The translations under genes and the position numbers were made by a program. Under the pieces are notes generated by a model. It was not told where the DNA came from. It did no database searches and saw only the letters and a list, made by a program, of their open reading frames with translations. From NCBI GenBank assembly GCA_024626585.2, contig JANKJI020000002.1, positions 138,981,344-138,999,564 on the forward strand: a DNA stretch of 18,221 bases, given 5' to 3'. The DNA is from Ginkgo biloba (taxonomy: Eukaryota > Plantae > Ginkgophyta). Below are positions 10,901 to 18,221 of this stretch, piece after piece (positions within the stretch are counted from its first letter, which is position 1; every line of letters begins with the position of its first letter).

Positions 10901-13900
10901 NNNNNNNNNNNNNNNNNNNNNNNNNNNNNNNNNNNNNNNNNNNNNNNNNNNNNNNNNNNNNNNNNNNNNNTTATTTTTGTTGTATGATGTAATCTTTCCC
11001 ATCTTGTGAATGGAAGAAATATTAATATTGCGCAACGAAAAAATAATGATATTTATAGTTGGAACTCTTTAATGTTGATTCTATTTGTTTAGAATTCTCC
11101 ACGTGCTAGAATTATATTTATAGAAGGATAAACTAGTACTTGATCCAATTTTGGTGTTCCTTGACTAGGATGAGGAGTTTCATATTCATGTGGACATGAC
11201 TAAGTATGAAATCTAGTGTACTCTGGCAGAACAAGCACAACATGGGCTTGATCATTTGATCTATTATGCTAGTAGGTGGCTAACTATGGTAAAACAAAAT
11301 TAGAGTACCATAGAGCACAAAGGGTTGGATTTATGTAATAACTTACTTTATCTCAAGCAAAACTTATCTTAGCAAGTGTGAAAAAGCCTAAATTATGTTT
11401 AAGCTTTATGCCTTCCAAACTTTGAACATTATTTCTTAGCTAATCCATTTATGTTTTTTGTTGACCATTAAGCCTTGTTTTGCATGATTAATAAACCAAT
11501 TATCTTGGGAAGAATTAACCAATAGCTTCCTCTTTTCCAAGAGCTCAACTTTAAGTGGTAGTCCAACTAGGGAAGCAACATCTAGGATTTCATCAAGAGA
11601 GCCTCCTATAATAGTCAACAATGAGTTCCTTGATGCACAAATGTTCAAAGTGATAGTAGCCCCAAAATGGTATCAAGTGATTGCACATTGAATGTCTTTG
11701 GCAACATTTCCCCTAGAAATACTAGCAACAAAATGACAAGAGACGACCAAGAAAGTTGGCCTTTTAAACTTCTCGGTGGCTTGTTGTATACTATGGGCCT
11801 TGCCCATATTATTCTTCAACGTTGTATAATGCCAAAGGAAGTTCAAAAGGTGTTATAGGAGGAGTTGGAGGGTTTGGAATGCACACTTAGAATTTAGAAT
11901 AGACTCCAATCTCAACATTAAGACAACAAGTGAATAGCATAACTATATTTTATTACAATGCTTCAGTACGAGAGAAATGGGAGGTAGACCCTAGACCTAG
12001 CCTAGGGATGCCCCTGACACAAAAACAAAAAAGGGATGGTTCAATCTTGAAACTGAACATGCTTACAATGATTCTCAAACGACATTAAATAAGATTGTAG
12101 GAGTTAGTTGCATACCTACTTGCAACCAAGATGTGTTGCGACCCACTTCCTTGTTGCAATCAACCACTAGAACATGGTTGCAACCAACAACTAGAACATG
12201 ATGCCAACAATGTACAAAATACCATGGGGTTAATTATCCAGCTAACATCTCAGCAGGCACAAACCTTAAGTGTCCTCACTCAAGATCATTAAAAAGAACT
12301 TTGCATGCTGCTATTTCGTAAAATTTTCAAAATTTGCCACCTCTCCCCCCCTCAACAATTTTATCAAATTGTGTATGATGATGGATGTCGCATGGATCCT
12401 GTGTAATAGTCGCACCTCAAGCCTGTAAGATTTCTATAGCAATTAACATAAACCATTCCATAACATATAAATCAAAAATCATNNNNNNNNNNNNNNNNNN
12501 NNNNNNNNNNNNNNNNNNNNNNNNNNNNNNNNNNNNNNNNNNNNNNNNNNNNNNNNNNNNNNNNNNNNNNNNNNNNNNNNNNACTCCCCTTTGACTAGGG
12601 TTGACTAGACTATAATAGATTCAATATACTTGAAGATGAGAACTTACTAGTGGAGCATGCTCACCCTAGAGTAGCACTATGATGGTGAGCTCCTAGCAAG
12701 TAGCACTAATGTATAGCACATGACAATATTGGGGGACCAACCAGCATAGAATCCTTGCAAACTTATTTCACCTTGCAAGACACACATTGCTTCTACCACC
12801 CCTACCATTATACCACTGTCAGCCTCATGTGCAATAGATCCTTTGTTGCACTGATTGTTTTATGGATGATCTCCAATGCAGGTCTCACATATAGCAAGAA
12901 GGGGAGCCTATAACAATAAATCTCAAGAGGATCCGCCATATCGGAACTTGAGCAAAAGTATACGCTCATTCCAGCCCTATAGAGTGTTTTCAATGAAGTG
13001 TGTGAAGCAGGTGTCTATTGAAGAAGGTAAGGCATATAATAGATTGACATAGGCATTTACAGAAGGTGGTGTGGGATTGTAAGATAAATATTCCACACAC
13101 TTACCAAGGGATTCTTGAAAATGTGAAGGAACAGCCTTTGGATTGAGGTGGGTGGGATTGTGAGTTATGTTCTATTCCTGAAAAGAGTAATTAAAATAAC
13201 CAACTTGTCCAAGAGTTCATCGATTTCATTCTATTTTAAACATCAAGTAGATTCCAATCTATTATTAGCTTCCATATATGAGGATAATATATTCGATGTA
13301 TAGAAGTGTATCAACAAGAAAAAAGTGTGAGACAAAAGAAGACATAGTTGAAAAAGGAATGCAAAGAAAGATGGAAAAAAATAAGGTCTACCCTTTTCCA
13401 GCACTCAATCCATGAACAGCCCCTTGTGTTCCACAAGCAACTTCCATCTAAACAGTTCAATATTAGCAGTTTTAAGTTAGTGAGAGCTTAAAATTATTTT
13501 TCAACAGAAATCACTACAAAAAATTAATGTCCCCCAAAACATGGTTAATCCAATAAAGATAGGAACCAAACTGCACTTGCAGGATCAGCAAGCATAGCAA
13601 AGGTGACATCACAAGTTGATGTAACTTTCTCAGGGGATGATCCATATCTGTGGCAAAGACAGTAAAATGAGGCAATACATGTTAATGCAGTTTAACAAGA
13701 AAATTTTAACCAAANNNNNNNNNNNNNNNNNNNNNNAAGAATCATCAAAACTGATGAACTGAAGTGATTGTGTATCTAAAAGAACAATTGTGATATAAAA
13801 TACCTATGCAACTGTACTTAGGTAGAAATAGTTTGTAAGGTCAGGGAAGAAATTATGAACTGAAGTGATTGTCTATTTTGAAACAACAATTGTAATTAAA

Positions 13901-14716
13901 ACACCCATGCAATTGTATCTCAGTAGAAATATTTTGCAAAGCTAGTAAAGAACTTACTTGGCACCTATATTGACAAGCAAGTCACATTTGCTTGCCGTTC
14001 TGTTCCATACAGTCACGTCACATCTGCAACATACAATCAGTCCTCCTCACTTATCATTAATGGTCTTGCCACCTCAAAAAAGTACCAAGTGAACCTTACT
14101 AGTTGTTCCACATTAGAAACATGTTCTCCCACATTAAATACAATGTTTGTTTGATGTTAATAGCTAGTAAACAAACTGTGAAGCAAATTACCAAGAAAAT
14201 TTTTAGACTTTCGCATACCGCGACAATGGATCTTTATTTCACTTTTATTTGGACTGCATGTACATATGTGTAGGGTGGGCAGCAATCCCATAGTATAGAA
14301 TTTGCCTAACATATACTTTCATAAATTCACTCAAGCTGCTAATCTTGGCTATAATAAGCTGCAATTAGTAACCTTTTGTTAGAATAAATTATTATACACT
14401 CCTGGTATTTTCAGACTGTTGATGCACATAGCCTTTAGTTTCAGTTTTCAAAAATATTTACGTTTCCAGAATCCAGTAAGGAAAATTGTAGAACAGATTG
14501 GTTGCATGTTTCCTGATTGCTATAGCATTTTGTAGGATGAGCTCAGAATATTACTCTAGAGTGAAGACTGAACATTTATAGTACATCATATGAAATTAAT
14601 GAAGATTAAATTGGGGAAATTAAGTACATACCCGGCCTTTATAAGGTTATGTGCCATAGGAGAACCCATAATTCCAAGACCTAAAAATCCTATACTCATT
14701 GAGAATCTGTCTTTAC
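1922..14716 (-). CDS. GLYR2: Glyoxylate/succinic semialdehyde reductase 2 (GLYR2-type, beta-hydroxyacid dehydrogenase family), partial multi-exon gene, 6 exons visible
   Basis: Manual splicing of six GT-AG exons (429 nt) gives xKDRFSMSIGFLGLGIMGSPMAHNLIKAGCDVTVWNRTASKCDLLVNIGAKYGSSPEKVTSTCDVTFAMLADPASAMEVACGTQGAVHGLSAGKGYVDVSTVDRDTSKAINAVIKATGAQFLEAPVSGSKKPAEEGNLIFLTA(G) with no stops and consistent phases. It has the GxGxxG Rossmann motif, WNRT and FLEAPVSGSKKPAE. SPMAxNLIKAGCDV, CDVTFAMLADP, YVDVSTVD and LIFLTAG resemble plant GLYR2 rather than GLYR1. Confidence 0.95.
2164..2248 (-). CDS. GLYR2: GLYR2 exon E (85 nt): YVDVSTVDRDTSKAINAVIKATGAQFLE
   Basis: Acceptor attcag|G, donor AG|gtaatt; completes the GG|G Gly codon begun in exon D 11 kb away. 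Confidence 0.95.
3298..3450. mobile_element. About 150-bp foreign insertion interrupting RT just after the DD codons, probably an LTR terminal fragment
   Basis: RT homology stops at FLDD (3296) and resumes at KEEH..KEHV (3451); the insert starts TGATAC. Confidence 0.55.
5612..5625 (+). promoter_or_regulatory. Polypurine tract of the chromovirus, followed by TG start of the 3' LTR at 5626
   Basis: AGGGTAGGGAGAGA then TGTTA, directly after the chromodomain region. Confidence 0.75.
5719..5845 (-). mobile_element. Probable 3' end of a copia-type LTR, running into a gap
   Basis: Minus strand reads TGGTTTTTCCCCCACACCGGGGTTTTTCCACGTATATC then a T-rich run, a motif style common near plant copia LTR 3' ends; boundaries uncertain. 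Confidence 0.4.
5946..6237 (+). mobile_element. Second gypsy integrase core fragment, similar to 4560-4800
   Basis: WESINMDFVTSLPRT..ILVVMDWL..ARFIP..YGVPKSIVSDRDTKFTS..FFRALGT*LNFNSNDHPQ. Confidence 0.9.
6238..6765 (+). mobile_element. 5' LTR (about 6238-6561), tRNA-iMet primer binding site (6564-6575) and leader of an element truncating the integrase
   Basis: TGATG...CACCA ends, TATAAATA near 6402, AATAAA near 6424, then AT and TGGTACCAGAGC (11/12 match to TGGTATCAGAGC). Left boundary uncertain by a few bases. Confidence 0.72.
6766..8769 (-). mobile_element. Nested LTR retroelement: 3' LTR part 6766-7408, gap, leader and PBS 7609-7620, 5' LTR 7623 to about 8769
   Basis: Direct repeats both begin TGATC on + (6766, 7623) and align to 7408/8495, with 9 mismatches in the first 60 nt. 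GCTCAGATACCA is the reverse complement of an iMet PBS, 2 nt from the LTR end. Candidate 5-bp TSD ATCTT at 6761-6765 and 8770-8774. Right boundary is tentative. Confidence 0.8.
9301..9399. repeat. 20-bp minisatellite, about 4-5 degenerating copies with a GAATTCAAAA core
   Basis: acgtgaactagaattcaaaa / acatgaagtagaattcaaaa / acgttaatcggaattcaaaa / acgccaagcgggattcgaat. Confidence 0.8.
10007..10162. repeat. 78-bp tandem duplication
   Basis: 10007-10084 vs 10085-10162, 6 mismatches, no indels. Confidence 0.92.
10818..10870. repeat. 18-bp tandem repeat, about 3 copies, running into a gap
   Basis: gttgaatgatcactagaa / gatgaacagtcatctaga / gatgaacaatcattggg. Confidence 0.5.
11124..11870 (+). mobile_element. 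Degenerate Ty3/gypsy RNase H and linker from a second lineage
   Basis: KDKLVLDPILVFLD*DEEFHIHVD..LDHLIYYASRWLT..KQN*STIEHKGL..HYFLANPFMFFVDH*AL..INKP..GRI..NNEFLDAQMF..GGLLYTMG..ILQRCI. Confidence 0.85.
12153..12200. repeat. 24-bp tandem duplication within a cluster of GTTGCA/GTTGCG motifs
   Basis: gttgcaatcaaccactagaacatg / gttgcaaccaacaactagaacatg. Confidence 0.8.
13392..13447 (-). CDS. GLYR2: GLYR2 exon D (56 nt): MEVACGTQGAVHGLSAGKG
   Basis: Acceptor gtttag|ATG, donor GG|gtagac; matches the VACGxxGAxxGxxxGKG pattern. Confidence 0.93.
13572..13647 (-). CDS. GLYR2: GLYR2 exon C (76 nt): YGSSPEKVTSTCDVTFAMLADPASA
   Basis: Acceptor ccacag|A, donor CA|gtttgg; conserved AMLADP motif. Confidence 0.95.
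13756..13957. repeat. Old 101-bp tandem duplication of the 5' end of the intron between exons B and C
   Basis: gaactgaagtgattgt...aacaattgt...atgcaa...gtagaaata...aagaa recurs at a 101-nt offset. Confidence 0.85.
13958..14023 (-). CDS. GLYR2: GLYR2 exon B (66 nt): CDVTVWNRTASKCDLLVNIGAK
   Basis: Acceptor ttgcag|A, donor AA|gtaagt; phase matches flanking exons. Confidence 0.95.
14632..14716 (-). CDS. GLYR2: GLYR2 exon A (85 nt): xKDRFSMSIGFLGLGIMGSPMAHNLIKAG
   Basis: Acceptor tgcag|GT, donor GG|gtatgt; contains GLGIMG dinucleotide-binding motif. The 5' boundary is less certain because the upstream exon is not visible. Confidence 0.9.
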
Positions 14717-15040
14717 CTGCACCATTAGTAAGGACAATTAGTCAAATAAAGAATAAAACTATACAGATTGCCATAAGATCTTCACCTACAACTAAGGATT
14801 AAAAATCCTCTTATACAAAGAAAATTGCCACTAATTATAGTTTTGTGCCAGTGATGCATTATATAAGATGAAATGCAAGTTAATTGAAAGATATCTACTT
14901 TCAACCATGCATTCTTACTAGCATATGCATGACTCTGTAGNNNNNNNNNNNNNNNNNNNNNNNNNNNNNNNNNNNNNNNNNNNNNNNNNNNNNNNNNNNN
15001 NNNNNNNNNNNNNNNNNNNNNNNNNNNNNNNNNNNNNNNN

Positions 15041-18000
15041 ACTCCTTGCATTCAAGTACCCTACAATGAAAAATCTTTAGCCAAAATAGGGTTTCAACTT
15101 GCTAGAAAACCCTAAGTCACATTTCCACCTTCATTAGTGCAAACTAAACCATCTAAATCTCCTAAAAACACCTCTACTAAGGTCGCCCCACACCAAATAC
15201 GAAATCAGATCACTTTTTACGATAATTTAGGCACTACAAGGTTGCTACATTAAAGAGGGTTCAACTCCACTACATGAAAAAACTGTCATAGCAGAAAACA
15301 ATGACTTCTGTGATACTTGTTCCTCTTTCCTCCCTAGAAAATCGTTTTAATCACGTATAATAAATTATCCAAACAGGGTTTCTTACTATAGAAAACAAAG
15401 CTAAGGAATTCATTCTTCAAAATGTGTAGTAGAAGTTGCTATACAAGAGGATCTCTGACTTCAGCTATGAAAGAAGTAGATAGTGACCAAAAGTAGCAAC
15501 TTGCATAAGAGAGGATTCTCAGCTTGGAATTATAAACTAGTTGAGAGAGGAGGGGCACCCTATTACAGAGAATAATTCCAAGCACTCATAGTGGCAAAAG
15601 CCTTCAGAATCATGCTATAACATGAAAACATCTGGCTCCTCTACCATAGGAAAATAACAACTTCTATAGACAAACAAAATCATGTCAAATATAGAATATT
15701 CATAATAGAGGAAGTGCTTTGCTCAAAGAAGAGTAATAATACCTTCTTTAAATCATCTAGTGTCTTAGAAACTAATATGTTTGCTTAAAGAAGAGTAATA
15801 ATTCCTTCTTTACAATCATTTAATGTCTTACACACTAATCCCCACATAAACTATACTTATCTTGAGGATTGTACAATATACTTGAAAGACCCTCATGGTC
15901 CTTAGTTGTCTTAATCACAATAATCATGTATTTATTCATTTTTTATCCTTTTATTTTATTTCATTATTTCCAAGATAGAGTACTTTTGTAGGCTGTGACA
16001 TCTCTCCCTACCCCACAAAGATCATTGCCCTCAATGATTGCCATTCTTTAAGACAATTAAGTAATTCTTTCATTAATAAAAAATCATACGTCCATGACCA
16101 TGAAATACTTTCCATAATGAATTTATTATTTTCTAGATATTCTATGAATGAAATTTTAAATCATATATGCAAGAATATTTCAACCAAGAAAAAGATCATA
16201 TCACTTATTCCTATCTTAGTTATGCCAAGATTCATTACCAAAAACTTTGGGTCCANNNNNNNNNNCCTCTAGTTTATCTTTACTCTATCATTGGGTCCAC
16301 CAAAGCAATATTATTATCTTCAACAATTGTTCATTTAGAATCCTACCAATTTAACCCTTGGGACCACCTAATAGAAAAGGGGACCACTAAAAAACACACA
16401 ATCCAAAAAGAAATCTCATGTAAAGGGGAATTTAAAAGCAATGAACAAATACCAATCTCTTCAACTATCCCTATGAGATTCAAATTTTACCATTTTAAAC
16501 CTCCCACAGACTCTAAAACCACCGTAACATCTTGCTCTAACTTAACTTGCAAACAAAACAATTAGTAATTGCAAGACAAAACTTTTATAGTAATAATGCA
16601 TCTATAGGAAAGTACATTCAATTATAGTAGAAACTAATATATATACATTAATGCATAATGCATAAANNNNNNNNNNNNNNNNNNNNNNNNNNNNNNNNNN
16701 NNNNNNNNNNNTTGTTAATATTGTGGTGCCAGGTGTAGGTCTATCACCGACCCCTTTTAGGCATCAAGATAATTCCCCAGACAATTGTCTAGTATCTTTC
16801 CCCTAATTAACAAGATGGTTTTTGGGATGAACCTTAGGGGCTAAACCAATGGACTCTAGCCAAAAACCCTATTGGTTATAATTGCCATGACATCTGTAAA
16901 CCCAAACCATGGTCAACGCTATATCCACGACCCATCCATCTATAACTACACCAATAGTTATGAACCCCACAACTCTCACTAGGATTTGTTAACATAGGTA
17001 GGACAATTTGTTAGCATAGGTAGGATAGCTTATGTAAAAGAGTACAGATAGCATTTATTGTTCATGATTACATCCATAATTAAACATAATTTGCACAAAA
17101 TAGCCCTTTGACCAAGGGTTCCCTACCCTAGAGAATTTATATCCATAAAAACAAGATTTGATTCAGCTAATTAAACATGCACAACCATGAAATATAATTC
17201 TATCTTAAATTTATCTAGACAAATACAAAAATTTCCATTAATTTATGGTAGTAGAATTAATTATAAAACTAGAGTTTCATGAATACATACCTTTTTGCAA
17301 ACTTACCTACATTGAAAGCTCTGGCTAATTATCCCAAGCAATCTATGGATAAAAATCTATTTTCAACAACTCTGAGCCCAACAACTTGCATTCGAGTACG
17401 CTACAATGCAAAATCGTTAACCAAACAAGGGTTTTAGCCATGCTAGAAAAACTTGGGTGACCTTTTCACCTTAATTAGTGCAAATTAAACCATCCAAATC
17501 TCCTAAAAACACCTCTACTGAGGTCGCCCTGCACCAAAGATGTCAAAGCACTTTTTAGGACAATTTAGGCACTAAAAGGTCACTTTATTAAAGATGACAA
17601 CTTTTAGGATACTTGCTCCTCTTTCCTCCTTGCAAAATTACTTTAATCACGTGTAATAAATGATCCAAAAGGAGTNNNNNNNNNNNNNNNNNNNNNNNNN
17701 NNNNNNNNNNNNNNNNNNNNNNNNNNNNNNNNNNNNNNNNNNNNNNNNNNNNNNNNNNNNNNNNNNNNNNNNNNNNNNNNNNNNNNNNNNNNNNNNNNNA
17801 GAAGTAGCAACTTTCTTATGCGAGGATTTTTTGCCTAGAATCATAAACTAATCAACAAAAGAGGGACAAACTATTACAAAGAATAATTCCAAGCATTCAT
17901 AATGGAAAAAGTCTTCGGAATCACGCTACAACACACGACTCCTCTATCACGTAGAAATCACACTAAGGAAAATAGCAACTTCTACAGACGAACAAAATCA

Positions 18001-18221
18001 TGTCAAATATAGAGAATATTCATAATAGTGGAAGTGCCTTGTTTAAAGAAGAGTGATAATGCCTTCTTTATAATCATTTAATGTCTTAGACACTAATCCC
18101 CAAATAACTTATACTTACCTTGGGGATTGTAAAATATACTTGAAAGAACCTCATGGCCCTTAATTGTCTTAATCACAATAATCATTTTTTTATTCATTTA
18201 TTAACCTCTATCTTATTTCAT
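15041..18221 (-). mobile_element. LTR retroelement with two LTRs (15041-16000; about 17385 to window end), PPT 16001-16014 and no recognisable pol
   Basis: About 900-bp direct repeat starting at an offset of 2340 nt, roughly 80% identical by eye. Minus strand reads GGGGTAGGGAGAGA|TGTCACAGCC at 16014-15991. Left ends of both LTRs are undefined because of the gap at 14941-15040. Confidence 0.8.
15718..15840. repeat. 62-bp tandem duplication present in only the left LTR copy
   Basis: tttgctcaaagaagagtaataat...actaat occurs twice here and once near 18039-18097. Confidence 0.85.

Larger units (their letters stand above)
2249..13391 (-). other. Long phase-2 intron of GLYR2 (about 11.1 kb as assembled, includes 8 gaps), filled with retrotransposon remnants
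   Basis: GT at 13391-13390 and AG at 2250-2249 on the minus strand join consecutive protein segments GKG / YVDVST. Confidence 0.9.

Noticed and set aside
12340-12595. Two minus-strand PPT-like tracts (GAGGGGGGGAGAGG, CAAAGGGGAGT)
   Set aside because: No associated pol or LTR pair can be shown; one abuts a gap.
14590-14802. 70-aa + strand ORF
   Set aside because: Antisense shadow of exon A.
16745-16770. Possible PBS for the right-hand element
   Set aside because: Match to known tRNA 3' ends is too weak.
2884-17851. ORFs containing X runs
   Set aside because: Artefacts of reading through N gaps.
1-18221. A novel RT-based or defence-type system
   Set aside because: The RT is a stop-ridden Ty3/gypsy remnant with no intact partner genes or structured RNA; the window is explained by one host gene plus TE debris.

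Overview
Eukaryotic land-plant nuclear DNA, AT-rich, with 15 N-gaps; a large-genome plant such as a gymnosperm is my inference from intron size and repeat load. The only host gene is on the minus strand and is invisible in the ORF track. Six short GT-AG exons (14716-14632, 14023-13958, 13647-13572, 13447-13392, 2248-2164, 1982-1922) splice in frame to the N-terminal NADP-binding half of a GLYR2-type glyoxylate/succinic semialdehyde reductase. The transit-peptide exon and the C-terminal exons are not visible (outside the window or in gaps). One intron is about 11.1 kb and holds nested, decayed LTR retrotransposons: a chromovirus Ty3/gypsy pol, a second integrase piece, a second gypsy lineage RNase H, and two elements with tRNA-iMet primer sites. 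The upstream intron holds a two-LTR element that appears to lack pol. I find no support for a new multi-gene system. The best leads are RS-exon-like AG|GT junctions after both long introns, a duplicated but dead splice donor, an internal Met at the GLYR1 start position, and a short 3' motif shared by two otherwise dissimilar LTR elements.
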